Positions 10,097 to 20,174 are shown, counted from the first letter of the stretch. The stretch is DNA of 64,000 bases from Micavibrio sp. (GCA_026989265.1 JALSJP010000007.1:34949-98948); one strand, 5' to 3'. Numbers and translations are program-made. The notes: generated from the letters alone by a model not told the origin.

Positions 10097-10763
10097 AGAC
10101 TGGCCTGATAATTTCGATTTTGAAACTGATGAGACGTGTCAAAACATCTTTAAGCCCTTTATCGAAAAGGAAATGGGTGAGCTTGAAAAATATGATAATG
10201 ATCGCCCTGATAATATCACCTATATTTTCCATGAGCATGCAAAGCGCGTATCTATAAATATGCGTAAAACTTGCATCCATATGGGGCTTGGCGAGCTAGT
10301 GGCAAATAATATGTATTGGGCAATCCTTCCTCATGATATTGGCAAGAAAAACCTGCCGCTCGATGTTTGGGACAGGGAGGAAAAGCCCACCAGCAACCTT
10401 AAGAAATTCCGCCGCACTCATACATTATTAGGGGCGCAAATTGTGCAGGAATATTTCCATGATATAGACCACCCATTCAAAGATTTGATGATAGATATAA
10501 TGGCTAACCATCATGAGCAAATGGATGGTAATGGCACTCATAATATAGCAGCAGAGCAGCTTAGCAAGCCAATGCGCCTTGCCTCAATCGTTGAGGCTTA
10601 TGATGGCTGGCGGATATGGAGACCTCATTTCGAAGATCGTGATATCTCTATTCCAGCCGTCCTAAATCGGATGCGCGAGGAAAAAGGCTCCGATATTTTC
10701 GATATGGATTTATTCGAAGCCTTTGCAGAAATGAAAATGATGGAATATAATTGTAATTCTTAG
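10080..10763 (+). CDS. Stand-alone HD-GYP-family domain protein with degenerate GYP (GTH)
   Basis: [29 protein letters not shown] and [12 protein letters not shown] motifs. Start taken at ATG 10080 (MSVISKDW), overlapping the leuC stop by 17 nt. Confidence 0.75.
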   Translation: MSVISKDWPDNFDFETDETCQNIFKPFIEKEMGELEKYDNDRPDNITYIFHEHAKRVSINMRKTCIHMGLGELVANNMYWAILPHDIGKKNLPLDVWDREEKPTSNLKKFRRTHTLLGAQIVQEYFHDIDHPFKDLMIDIMANHHEQMDGNGTHNIAAEQLSKPMRLASIVEAYDGWRIWRPHFEDRDISIPAVLNRMREEKGSDIFDMDLFEAFAEMKMMEYNCNS

Positions 10764-10779
10764 GTGATATCCACCAACA

Positions 10780-11382
10780 TTATTCCATGCGTTTAATATC
10801 GCTATACTCACCTCTGGTTTGTAAAGTGATAGTCATATCGCTTAAAGTTCTATTCCTCCAAAACCAGCCATGAGAGCCGTTAAATGCAGCCTCTAAAGCC
10901 CCTTCACGTTTTTGGTCAGAGCCTTTATAGTATTTGTGATAATCAATATTAAGCGCCTTTGAATCACCATGAACATCAAAATTGGCTTTCCCGCCATCTG
11001 TATACCAACTATATTTCACAACCCCGCCTTTGCTCATGGAAACCTTTATTTCTGTGCCTTCATCAGGCGCAAGGGTGAATATCATTTCATGATTAAGAAT
11101 GGAATTTACAGGAGTTTCAATATCTGGATTTATTTCTGCGACCTCCGCTTTAACAGTTTTAACAGCATCCGCGGCAGCTTCTTTCGCTAGCGATACTTTA
11201 ATCTCGCCCATTTTCTTTAATCCCAATATCTTGCCCGCGCCAGTTGGGTCAATTCCATATTCGGCAGGCATAACAACGGTCACAAGCAAAATTCCAGCCG
11301 CAACCACCGCAATAATAGTTGATTTTATAAGCTTTCCCGTTGATGGAATTTCTCTATCAGATGGTATATTTGAGTTATACAT
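10780..11382 (-). CDS. Membrane-anchored protein, HupE-associated (function unknown)
   Basis: One N-terminal TM helix (STIIAVVAAGILLVTVVM) followed by a soluble domain of about 150 aa. Lies 21 nt downstream of the HupE gene on the same strand. Confidence 0.6.
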   Translation of the reverse strand: MYNSNIPSDREIPSTGKLIKSTIIAVVAAGILLVTVVMPAEYGIDPTGAGKILGLKKMGEIKVSLAKEAAADAVKTVKAEVAEINPDIETPVNSILNHEMIFTLAPDEGTEIKVSMSKGGVVKYSWYTDGGKANFDVHGDSKALNIDYHKYYKGSDQKREGALEAAFNGSHGWFWRNRTLSDMTITLQTRGEYSDIKRME

Positions 11383-11403
11383 AGTGTTTTCCTTAATTTA
11401 AAT

Positions 11404-12159
11404 TTAAGAGGCAAAATAGCCTGTGATTTGGTAACCCATAAGCAAAAATCCTAGCATCATTATAAATGCATTTGCCTTATATGCATGGTGAAGGAAATTG
11501 CCTGATTTCCGCCAATAAGTAATGGCAATCAATATAACCGCAAGGGCTAAAATCTGCCCTAATTCCACGCCAATATTAAAGAATATAAGATTAGCAAGCA
11601 GCCCGTCAGGCGAAAGCTCATAATCCAGAATTTTTGTAGCTAAGCCAAAGCCATGGAACAGCCCGAATATAAATGTAGCGGCTTTCGTATTGGGCTGAAA
11701 CCCAAACCAGCGTTGATATGCCCCCATATTATCGAGAGCTTTATACACAATTGAAAAGCCGATAATAGCATCAATGATATATGCATTAACGCTGATTTCC
11801 ATAAGCACGCCAGAAAGCAACGTCAACACATGCCCAACTGCAAATAAGCTCACATAAATAGTGACATCTTTCATGCGGTATAGGAAAAATATAACGCCAA
11901 GCAAGAACAGTAAATGATCATATCCCGTCATCATATGCTTTGCGCCAAGATATATAAACGAAGCAGCGTGAACGCCCGTGGTTTCCTGAATATAACCCTT
12001 ATCGCCGCTGGTAACGCCATGCGCTAGTGCATCGGGAATAATGCTGGTCAATGCTATAACCATCATAATTACACCAATAAAGGCAGTTAACCTTTCAGTA
12101 TTCAAATATTTTATCATTAATTTTTCCACTATTTTATATTGGGTTATATTTGAAAACAT
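11404..12159 (-). CDS. HupE/UreJ family metal (Ni/Co-type) transporter
   Basis: Polytopic protein. N-terminal leader ends ALAHG. GYDHLLFLLG, GLFHGFGLA and GVELGQ motifs. The true start may be the internal Met at 12117. Confidence 0.75.
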   Translation of the reverse strand: MFSNITQYKIVEKLMIKYLNTERLTAFIGVIMMVIALTSIIPDALAHGVTSGDKGYIQETTGVHAASFIYLGAKHMMTGYDHLLFLLGVIFFLYRMKDVTIYVSLFAVGHVLTLLSGVLMEISVNAYIIDAIIGFSIVYKALDNMGAYQRWFGFQPNTKAATFIFGLFHGFGLATKILDYELSPDGLLANLIFFNIGVELGQILALAVILIAITYWRKSGNFLHHAYKANAFIMMLGFLLMGYQITGYFAS

Positions 12160-12207
12160 TGTATGACATATAGTATATGTAGATCACAAACTAAAACAAG
12201 AAAATAT

Positions 12208-12807
12208 TCCATGCAACCCTTCACCAAACTAAATGCCAGAGTAATTCCTATGGATATGATTAATATCGATACTGATATTATTGTGCCAAAACAATTCCTT
12301 AAAACCGTAAAGCGCACAGGGCTTGGAGTGAATGCGTTTTACAATTTGCGCTATGACGAGCAGGGAAAGGAAAATCCTGATTTCGTAGTAAACAAACCCG
12401 AATATAGCGGCGCTGAAATACTTATTACTGGCGAGAATTTCGGCTGTGGCTCTTCACGTGAACATGCTCCTTGGGCAATATTAGACATGGGAATACGCTG
12501 CATTATCTCGCCCAGCTTTGCAGATATATTCTTCAGTAATAGCTTTAAAAACGGGATTTTACCAATTGAACTACCGCAAAACCAAGTCGATGAGCTTATG
12601 ATCGAGGCAAAAGAAAACCCCAATGCTCAAATAGAAATTGATTTGGAAAAACAAACAATTACCCGCGGCAATAAATTTTCCTATAATTTTGAAATTGATC
12701 CATTTAAAAAACATTGCCTGCTTAATGGATTAGATGATATCGGGCTGACATTGCAAAAAGAAACTGCTATTACTTCATTTGAAAAACAAAATAAATCTTG
12801 GATATAA
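12208..12807 (+). CDS. leuD: 3-isopropylmalate dehydratase small subunit
   Basis: MQPFTKLNARVIPMD start and GENFGCGSSREHAPWA block. Confidence 0.93.
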   Translation, partial: SMQPFTKLNARVIPMDMINIDTDIIVPKQFLKTVKRTGLGVNAFYNLRYDEQGKENPDFVVNKPEYSGAEILITGENFGCGSSREHAPWAILDMGIRCIISPSFADIFFSNSFKNGILPIELPQNQVDELMIEAKENPNAQIEIDLEKQTITRGNKFSYNFEIDPFKKHCLLNGLDDIGLTLQKETAITSFEKQNKSWI

Positions 12808-12808
12808 A

Positions 12809-13504
12809 ATGAAATTATCACTCAAAAAATTAAAAAGAAAACCAAAGCCGCATAAAACTCGTGACGGTAAAATAGGAATAACCCTTACCGCGCATAATAT
12901 TGACACCATAATTGATATTGGCGCAAATATTGGGCAAACCCGCGACCTGCTTAGGGAAAATGGCTTTAACGGTGATATTATCTCGGTAGAACCCCTGCCT
13001 AGCTTGCAAGATATGCTGCAAGAAAAAGCAAAAACCGATCCTAAATGGCAAGTTTTAGAGCCTCTTGCGCTTGGCGATCATAATGGCGAGTGTGAAATAA
13101 ATATATCGGAAAGCTCGGATATGAGCAGCCTTCTGCCTGCTTCAAAGGAGCTAATAACTGCCCTGCCCCGCACAAATGTTACAGGCAAAGCAACCATTCC
13201 TATGAAAACTCTAAACACTCTTTATCAAGAGCTTAACCTTGAGAATAAGCGCGTTTTCATCAAAATGGATACTCAAGGCTATGAGATGAAAATCCTTGAA
13301 TGCGCGAAAGAAACATTAGATAAAATCATCGGCATTCAAGTGGAAATGTCACTATTCCCGCTATATGAGGGCGAAGTTTTATTCGATGAGGTGATTGCCC
13401 TATTAAAGCAAAATGGCTTCACCCCCCATATGCTTATCGAGACAAATTTCTCTCGAAAACTAAAACGCCAACTCCAAATAGACGGTATATTCTTTAAGGA
13501 TTAA
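12809..13504 (+). CDS. FkbM-family SAM-dependent methyltransferase
   Basis: IIDIGANIGQT glycine-rich SAM motif and an FkbM-like layout of about 230 aa. Starts 1 nt after the leuD stop and ends 3 nt before the leuB start. Confidence 0.7.
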   Translation: MKLSLKKLKRKPKPHKTRDGKIGITLTAHNIDTIIDIGANIGQTRDLLRENGFNGDIISVEPLPSLQDMLQEKAKTDPKWQVLEPLALGDHNGECEINISESSDMSSLLPASKELITALPRTNVTGKATIPMKTLNTLYQELNLENKRVFIKMDTQGYEMKILECAKETLDKIIGIQVEMSLFPLYEGEVLFDEVIALLKQNGFTPHMLIETNFSRKLKRQLQIDGIFFKD

Positions 13505-13507
13505 CAA

Positions 13508-14602
13508 ATGACTTCAAATACTTACACTCTTCAAATACTAGCAGGAGATGGCATTGGCTCTGAAATAATGGGCGAAGCCAAAAAGATCATTGGCTGGATT
13601 AATTCTAATAGCGATATCACAATAAACACCCGCGATGGTCTTATTGGCGGCGCGTCCATTGACACGTACGGCAACCCATTAGATGACACAACGTTAGAGC
13701 AATGCCGCAATGCCGATGCAATATTGCTTGGCGCGGTTGGCGGAACTAAATGGGGCGATATTGAGTATAATTTACGCCCCGAAGCAGGCCTGCTCAAACT
13801 CCGTAAGGAGCTGGAATTATTCGCTAATCTGCGCCCAGCCCTTGTGTTTGATGCGCTTATTGATGCCTCAACATTAAAGCCTGAAATCGTGCGCGGACTT
13901 GATATATTGATAGTGCGCGAACTTACGGGCGGCGTATATTTCGGAGAGCCACGCGGCATTGAAGACCTTGGAAATGGGCAACGTCGCGGCATAAATACGC
14001 AAGTCTACACGACCATGGAAATTGAGCGTGTAGCGCGCGTAGCCTTTGACCTCGCCCGCAAACGCGGCAATAAAGTCACATCATGCGAAAAAGCCAATGT
14101 CATGGAATCAGGGCTGCTTTGGCGCGAAGATGTAACCGCTCTCCACGAAAAAGAATTTAAAGACGTAGAGCTAGAGCATATGTACGCCGATAATTGCGCA
14201 ATGCAATTACTGCGTAACCCATCGCAATTTGACGTTATTGTCACCGATAATTTATTTGGTGATATATTGTCAGACGCGGCGGCAATGCTTACGGGGTCGC
14301 TTGGAATGCTGCCTTCTGCATCATTAGGTCAAGTCGGGTCAGTGGCTCTTTATGAACCAGTCCATGGAAGCGCACCCGATATTGCGGGACTTGGAAAAGC
14401 CAATCCTTTGGCTACTATACTAAGTCTTGCCATGTGTCTAAGATATTCATTAGATCAAGGGGTTATGGCGGATAAAATCGAGCAAGCAGTCAAAGCCGTG
14501 CTTAATTCTGGCACACGTACAGCAGATATAATGGCAGATAATTGCAGGCAAGTCTCGACATCTGATATGGGAGATGCAATAATCGCCGAACTCGATAAAT
14601 AA
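13508..14602 (+). CDS. leuB: 3-isopropylmalate dehydrogenase
   Basis: [12 protein letters not shown]-terminus and NLFGDILSD signature. Confidence 0.95.
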   Translation: MTSNTYTLQILAGDGIGSEIMGEAKKIIGWINSNSDITINTRDGLIGGASIDTYGNPLDDTTLEQCRNADAILLGAVGGTKWGDIEYNLRPEAGLLKLRKELELFANLRPALVFDALIDASTLKPEIVRGLDILIVRELTGGVYFGEPRGIEDLGNGQRRGINTQVYTTMEIERVARVAFDLARKRGNKVTSCEKANVMESGLLWREDVTALHEKEFKDVELEHMYADNCAMQLLRNPSQFDVIVTDNLFGDILSDAAAMLTGSLGMLPSASLGQVGSVALYEPVHGSAPDIAGLGKANPLATILSLAMCLRYSLDQGVMADKIEQAVKAVLNSGTRTADIMADNCRQVSTSDMGDAIIAELDK

Positions 14603-14616
14603 CAGGACAATGAAAA

Positions 14617-15105
14617 ATGATAGCTAGCCTAATCATAGCGCTACATCTATTTGGTGTAATATCACTAGAAAGTGCGACCTCATCGCTTTATATCGCTGGA
14701 GCTTTATTAATAATTGCAGAATTTGGCGTTATATCATTTGGACTTATCGCATTTAACGGCGCACTTGCCATATATGCTGCATATGCCCTGCAAACGGGCA
14801 GTGACCTTATATTTGGCGTTCCCGTTGGGCTACCAACTTTATTCAGCATAGCCTTCATAGAGTTCTTCGTAATTGGATTAGTTGTTTTCGTGCATTTATG
14901 GCTTAGGAAACAAAAATACATAACAGGCAGGCAAGCCATGATTGATGCGAATGTAACTATCATTGAATGGGATAAAACCAGCGGCTCTGTAAATTTTGAA
15001 GGCGAGATTTGGAAAGCCAGATCAAAAGATGCGTTAGAATTAAGTAAAAATGACATAGTCACAATAGAATCTATCAACAAATTAGAATTAACAATCACAG
15101 CTTAG
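14617..15105 (+). CDS. NfeD-family membrane protein
   Basis: Several N-terminal TM helices and a C-terminal OB-like block, SVNFEGEIWKARS...IVTIESINKLELTI. Immediately upstream of an SPFH gene. Confidence 0.8.
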   Translation: MIASLIIALHLFGVISLESATSSLYIAGALLIIAEFGVISFGLIAFNGALAIYAAYALQTGSDLIFGVPVGLPTLFSIAFIEFFVIGLVVFVHLWLRKQKYITGRQAMIDANVTIIEWDKTSGSVNFEGEIWKARSKDALELSKNDIVTIESINKLELTITA

Positions 15106-15117
15106 GAGAATTAAGCC

Positions 15118-15879
15118 ATGGAATTTTTTGTACCAATAATAGTTTTTATACTGATAGTTTTGCTATCCTCAATCAAAATAATCCAAGAATATGAACGCGG
15201 GGTTATCTATACTCTTGGTCGCTACACCAGCAATCGCGGGCCAGGCGTTCAGATAATTATTCCTGCTATTCAGCGCGTTTTAATCGTTGATATGCGCATT
15301 CGCACCGAAGATATTCCATCGCAAGATGTTATCTCAAGGGATAATGTTTCCGTGCGGGTAAATGCCGTTCTTTACTACCGCGTTGTTGATCCGGGTTTAG
15401 CCATTAACAAAGTGGAAGATTTCATTAATGCTACCAGCCAGCTTGCACAAACAACGCTGCGCTCTGTCCTTGGTAAGCATGAAATGGATGAAATGCTTTC
15501 AAAACGTGATCAACTTAATAAAGATATTCAAACGATTTTAGATCACCAAACCGAGGGTTGGGGCATTAAAGTTACCAATGTTGAGATTAAAAATGTTGAT
15601 ATTGATGCGACAATGGTTCGCGCCATTGCTAAGCAAGCCGAAGCAGAGCGTGAGCGCCGCGCTAAAATCATCAATGCCGAAGGTGAATTGCAAGCAGCAG
15701 AAAAGCTTGATCTTGCAGCCGAAATACTTGCGCGGCGCCCAGAAACTATGCAACTTCGTTATTTAGGTACAATGGCAGAGTTCACAAATTCAAAGGGCAG
15801 CACAATAATTTTGCCCCTCCCCATGAATTTACTTGGCGGCATAACCGATATCGCAAAAGCTGTTAGCGGTAAGAAATAA
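15118..15879 (+). CDS. SPFH/band-7 (stomatin-like) protein
   Basis: N-terminal TM helix, then YERGVIYTLGRY, DVISRDNVSVRVNAVLYYRVVDP and AEAERERRAKII. Confidence 0.9.
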   Translation: MEFFVPIIVFILIVLLSSIKIIQEYERGVIYTLGRYTSNRGPGVQIIIPAIQRVLIVDMRIRTEDIPSQDVISRDNVSVRVNAVLYYRVVDPGLAINKVEDFINATSQLAQTTLRSVLGKHEMDEMLSKRDQLNKDIQTILDHQTEGWGIKVTNVEIKNVDIDATMVRAIAKQAEAERERRAKIINAEGELQAAEKLDLAAEILARRPETMQLRYLGTMAEFTNSKGSTIILPLPMNLLGGITDIAKAVSGKK

Positions 15880-15887
15880 CGCACAAA

Positions 15888-15916
15888 AAAAGAGGCTGAT
15901 TAAACCAGCCTCTTTT
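15888..15916. terminator. Bidirectional hairpin terminator between the SPFH gene and the convergent pilin gene
   Basis: 11-bp stem AAAAGAGGCTG / CAGCCTCTTTT with a 7-nt loop. A-tract and T-tract flanks allow it to work on both strands. Confidence 0.8.
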
Positions 15917-15937
15917 AGTATTTTTAATTTAAAGTGC

Positions 15938-16654
15938 TTATCCTTGGATACGAATAGCCAAAGCACAACCAATAGCACTCTGATTTTCCACATAAACACC
16001 TGCGCCCGTAGCACAAGCCGCAGCAGAGCCAGAGCCAATAACACTTCCTCTTTCTGCATTGCCGTCATCCATTTTACGGTCAATTCTACCCGCTTGTAAT
16101 GGTGTCAAAGCAATTGCATTACCAGTAGCACCAGTAGCGACAAGCCCAAGCCATGTTCCTGATCTCACTGTGCCAGCCGCAGCGTTACCTAAAGCAGCAG
16201 CGACCTGTGTCCCTGGAACAACTTGCGTATTTGGGATTTTCATCTGAAGATATGTATTATTCAAAGCAAGAACATCAAACCCAGATAAAAGCCCAGAGCC
16301 ACCAAGATGTCTGAAGAAATTAGTTGCCTCAGCATTAGGAGCAGCAACAAGCGGAGCAGTCTCTAACGTAGAGTTGCCATTTCCATCAGCACAAGGGGCG
16401 GCGCATCCTGGAATACGGGTGGTTGCATTAACCATATCCCCTGGCATTGCATCATACATATCACGGAAAGTTGATGTCGCTGCATCAACGCCCTTTATAT
16501 TTGCAACAGTTGCGTTAAGCTGTGCATTAGCGATCATTTCCTGACCTTTTAAAACGCCACCAATCAGCAGCCCAATAATAACCATGACAATAGCAAGCTC
16601 AACAAGCGTAAAGCCCTTTTCACTTCTCATGGATTTGTTAATGTTAGTATTCAT
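15938..16654 (-). CDS. Type IV pilin (type IVa-like short leader)
   Basis: Leader MNTNINKSMRSEKG, then FTLVELAIVMVIIGLLIGG (G-1, F+1, E+5). C-terminal Cys pair CATGAGVYVENQSAIGC forms a D-region-like loop. GAGGAG RBS 8 nt upstream. Confidence 0.88.
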   Translation of the reverse strand: MNTNINKSMRSEKGFTLVELAIVMVIIGLLIGGVLKGQEMIANAQLNATVANIKGVDAATSTFRDMYDAMPGDMVNATTRIPGCAAPCADGNGNSTLETAPLVAAPNAEATNFFRHLGGSGLLSGFDVLALNNTYLQMKIPNTQVVPGTQVAAALGNAAAGTVRSGTWLGLVATGATGNAIALTPLQAGRIDRKMDDGNAERGSVIGSGSAAACATGAGVYVENQSAIGCALAIRIQG

Positions 16655-16827
16655 AGTTATAATCTCCTCATAGAAAACTTGTAATTAAATAGGGTTTGAC
16701 AAAAAAGAACATGCCGAGCAGCACAAGGTGAATCATACACGTTTTTTCACTCTATAACAGCCCTAATCATATATAATGAGGTGATTTCTTTAAAAAACCA
16801 TTAAATTTTAAGGGAAAATGCATTTTT

Positions 16828-17553
16828 TCACAAAGATTCACACAACGGATTCACCGCAGCATCTTCTTTGCCTAATATTCTTGTGCAAATATATGCTTTG
16901 GTTGCATTAACTTCATTTGGATGAAGTTTCTCCCCTCGGCTTTTCAATATTTCCAATAAAATAGCATAAGCAGCCTCTTTCTCTCCCCGCGCACTAAGCA
17001 CAAAGGCGGGCATTTGATGCACCCATACGGGGACATTATCATTTTTTGTGTTTGCTAAAGCATTTGCCATTTCTAAAGCTCTATCCAAATCCTTTAATTG
17101 ATAACGCGCGAGAAAAACCCCTTGAGCAAGCCACCGCCACTTCTCACCATATGGTCTATTACCTATATCGGATAAATAATCTAATAATGGTGGCAGCATT
17201 TCTGGTTTTTGCACATTTGAAAAATAATATGCCGCCAAATATGGGGTAAAATTTGAAACAGGATCAAGGCTATCTTGCAAGTAAAACCAACGACCTAAAG
17301 TCTCGTAATTATAATCTTTTAATGGAGTTACGCGCCCGCCTGTATCCCCCAAATTTTGCATCATAATGCCATTAAGACGATAAGCAAAACTAGCATCACC
17401 TAAGCCATAAATAGATGCATATTTAATATTTGGCGGCGGAGGGACATTGCTCCATCTTGATTTAACATCACGAACGGAAAGCCAAAATAATATGTTTAAA
17501 ACAAGAGCTAAAGCCAAACATATTTGTATTATACTGCCTTCATGCCTCATCAA
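16828..17553 (-). CDS. Membrane-anchored helical-repeat protein of the pilus locus (unknown family)
   Basis: One N-terminal TM helix, then an alpha-helical, TPR-like region. Its ATG overlaps the stop of the upstream ABC-2 permease gene (ATGA). Confidence 0.55.
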   Translation of the reverse strand: MMRHEGSIIQICLALALVLNILFWLSVRDVKSRWSNVPPPPNIKYASIYGLGDASFAYRLNGIMMQNLGDTGGRVTPLKDYNYETLGRWFYLQDSLDPVSNFTPYLAAYYFSNVQKPEMLPPLLDYLSDIGNRPYGEKWRWLAQGVFLARYQLKDLDRALEMANALANTKNDNVPVWVHQMPAFVLSARGEKEAAYAILLEILKSRGEKLHPNEVNATKAYICTRILGKEDAAVNPLCESL

Positions 17554-18308
17554 AATTGCCTGCGAGTAAAATCAAACGACGCGGCTAACAGCACTAATGC
17601 AGGAAAGACAAAGCCTTGCGCCAATATATGCCACGCAGTTATATCACCACTAACCCCATATATAAGCCACGAAGTTTGACCCATAAGGTCAAGGCGCGGA
17701 GTTATAACTGATACTATTTGCAAAGCTGCGGAATATATCCCGCTACTATTTACTAAATCTGAATCAATAATGCCTAATAGCTGCCCCATCATGCGCGCTA
17801 ATACATAAAAACCCAAAGTTATTAATGAAGCCGCAGCCGAGCTTGAAATATACATAGAAAAAAATAATGCAATATTGACCATTATGATATTTTCCACAAT
17901 GATGCTTAATATCCATAAAGCATGTCCTGCCCCCAATAAATGCGGTGCGACGCTGTAAACCGCCACGCCAACAGCAAGTCCCATTAATATTGCAAGCAAG
18001 GAAAAAGCAGTGCCGTATGAGAAAATAATATTTAGTCTGCTAATTGGTCTTGATAGCAAGAACTCTATATCGCGAGCCTCAAAAGATCTTCGTACAAAGA
18101 ATATAACAAAAAGAACCAGCCCTAAAACGGATATAATCCGCAATCCTGCCGCAGTAAAAACAAGTGTAAACTGATCTTTTTCAATAATAGCAGCACTGCC
18201 AAGAAATATTGATAACAAGCTCCCTAGCAATATAATAACCAGCATGGATAGAATAAGCCTATCCCTAAAAGCTGCCATCAAAACATATTTAACTAAAGGG
18301 AGTGACAT
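17550..18308 (-). CDS. ABC-2-type transporter permease-like membrane protein
   Basis: 252 aa with about 6 predicted TM helices and the usual long loop after TM1. Family assignment is by architecture only. Confidence 0.6.
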   Translation of the reverse strand: MSLPLVKYVLMAAFRDRLILSMLVIILLGSLLSIFLGSAAIIEKDQFTLVFTAAGLRIISVLGLVLFVIFFVRRSFEARDIEFLLSRPISRLNIIFSYGTAFSLLAILMGLAVGVAVYSVAPHLLGAGHALWILSIIVENIIMVNIALFFSMYISSSAAASLITLGFYVLARMMGQLLGIIDSDLVNSSGIYSAALQIVSVITPRLDLMGQTSWLIYGVSGDITAWHILAQGFVFPALVLLAASFDFTRRQF

Positions 18309-18314
18309 TTTACC

Positions 18315-20174
18315 TTACAAATCTAACGGTCTTCTATCGCCTGAAAATGTTTTATATAAATCACGATCAGTATCATGAATTGAGTCATTTGGTGAATCTA
18401 ATATTGTGGCTTTCAAGAATATAACAAGCTCAGTTTTCTGAACCAAGTCCTTTTGTTTGCGGAATAGAGCGCCGAGTATTGGTATTTCACCCATAACGGG
18501 AACTCCCTCTTGAGTGTCTGTAACTCTATCTTGCAACAATCCGCCCATAACAATTGGCTGCCCTGAATTAACTTTAACAACAGTATCAATTTCTTGAACA
18601 TTTAGCTCTGGAATTTCTGATGTTATCCCTGTGCTGCCTGCAACGAATAGAACAGATGGATCTGATTTAGTTCCAACTACCCTTGTAACCGTTGGGCGAA
18701 GGAACATTGATACAGTTCTATCATCTAAATTAATAGATGGCTGCACATTAATGAGCACTCCTTCAGGGATACTTTTAATTTCAGTGTCAATTTCCAGCAA
18801 TATATTACCAGTAGTATCATCAGTTGTTTGGTTAATATCCAGCTCAAAGAACACTCTGTTAGTCGCTACATTAAGAACAGCAGATTGGTTGTTAAGCACA
18901 GTAAGTCTTGGGCTAGCCAGTGCGCGCACCGTTCCAAACCCTGATATAGCCTCAACAAATGCACCTACTTCAGAGCCTATATAACCTGCCCCAAAATTAG
19001 ATATAGTAGCAATAGTTCCACCTGGCGGCGTGATAGCGCCAATGATGTTATCACTACCTTCCAAAAACCTTATTATACCGCTTCCATTTTCAGTAAGTGC
19101 CTGCCACTCAATACCATTAACATATTCATCATTAAGAGAAACCTCAAAGATTTTAGCCTCCACAAGAACTTGAGCTGTAACCGAACGGCGTAACTTATTT
19201 AAATATCCCTCAACTACCTTATGCCCACGCTCCGATGCAAGCACGTTAATCAAGCCAGCTTGCTTGTTTAACGTAAAGCTATAACTCTGAGCTTCTGTTT
19301 CCTCATTATCACTTGTTTCACTATCAACTGGAAGAGATGATACATTCAAAACCACCTCAGGTGGCTGAACTGAAACGCCGCCCTCCCCATTTTGCGGAGC
19401 AACAGCGGCTACATCTGGATTTTGCTCTACGGCTGTTATTCTAGGATCATTTCTGGTTTTTAGCCCGCCCGTAGTAGTGCCACTTAATATTTGATTAAGG
19501 TTAAGCTCAAGCTCACCCCAAAAATCTGACACACTTTCAGAAGATGCAGTGTAAGATGACCCTGTCTTAGCTCCACCAGTTTGACCGCCACCAGCAGATG
19601 CAACAGAAACTGTTGTATTAACCGATCCATCATTAGAGCGAATGAAACTTAAATAATCAATTTTGTAACTCTTATTATATAGCGAATCTAATTCAACACG
19701 CAAAAAATCATCTTCAAATTTATAACGAAGTCCAGCAAGTTTAGATATACGTTCAATAACAAGGTCGAATGGCTTATTGCGGGCAGTAAAAATAATAGAC
19801 CCGCGTATATTAGGGTCAAGTTCAATATCATATTCCGCCTGCTCTGCTAGCTCATATAATATATCCCGAAGTGGCACAGTTTGGTTAATTGATACAGAAA
19901 CCAAAGGTGCTGATTTTATGCTCTTGGAAGCTGTTGTAATATAAGGTTGAAGCTCAGGAATAGATGTTACAGAAGGCTTACTACTACTGACATCAGGTGA
20001 GCGACCTGCTAAACCATCTCTAAAATCTTGAAACTCCATGTTAGAATCTCGATCCGTTTTGGTGTAATTAGCCGCCAAATCACAAGATGAAACTGCGATA
20101 GTAACAAACGCTATAAAGAATAATTTAATAATTAAATTAACAGAAGGTCGGTTTTTAATATTAAGGAAGAACAT
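18315..20174 (-). CDS. Secretin, lipoprotein type (MshL/PilQ family)
   Basis: Lipobox-like TIAVSSC at residues 24-30. C-terminal secretin block VPVMGEIPILGALFRKQKDLVQKTELVIFLKATIL. Confidence 0.85.
   Translation of the reverse strand: MFFLNIKNRPSVNLIIKLFFIAFVTIAVSSCDLAANYTKTDRDSNMEFQDFRDGLAGRSPDVSSSKPSVTSIPELQPYITTASKSIKSAPLVSVSINQTVPLRDILYELAEQAEYDIELDPNIRGSIIFTARNKPFDLVIERISKLAGLRYKFEDDFLRVELDSLYNKSYKIDYLSFIRSNDGSVNTTVSVASAGGGQTGGAKTGSSYTASSESVSDFWGELELNLNQILSGTTTGGLKTRNDPRITAVEQNPDVAAVAPQNGEGGVSVQPPEVVLNVSSLPVDSETSDNEETEAQSYSFTLNKQAGLINVLASERGHKVVEGYLNKLRRSVTAQVLVEAKIFEVSLNDEYVNGIEWQALTENGSGIIRFLEGSDNIIGAITPPGGTIATISNFGAGYIGSEVGAFVEAISGFGTVRALASPRLTVLNNQSAVLNVATNRVFFELDINQTTDDTTGNILLEIDTEIKSIPEGVLINVQPSINLDDRTVSMFLRPTVTRVVGTKSDPSVLFVAGSTGITSEIPELNVQEIDTVVKVNSGQPIVMGGLLQDRVTDTQEGVPVMGEIPILGALFRKQKDLVQKTELVIFLKATILDSPNDSIHDTDRDLYKTFSGDRRPLDL

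Noticed and set aside
12163-12207. Upstream extension of leuD (MTYSICRSQTKTRKYS). Also the upstream extensions of carA (37148), yqeY (37153) and mtaB (2806).
   Set aside because: The conserved family N-termini begin at the internal Met codons. The extensions would overlap divergent or neighbouring genes.
16700-16725. Possible sigma-54 promoter upstream of the pilin gene (minus-strand CGGCATGTTCTTTTTTG).
   Set aside because: A GG is present, but there is no GC at the required 10-nt spacing, so it does not fit TGGCAC-N5-TTGC.
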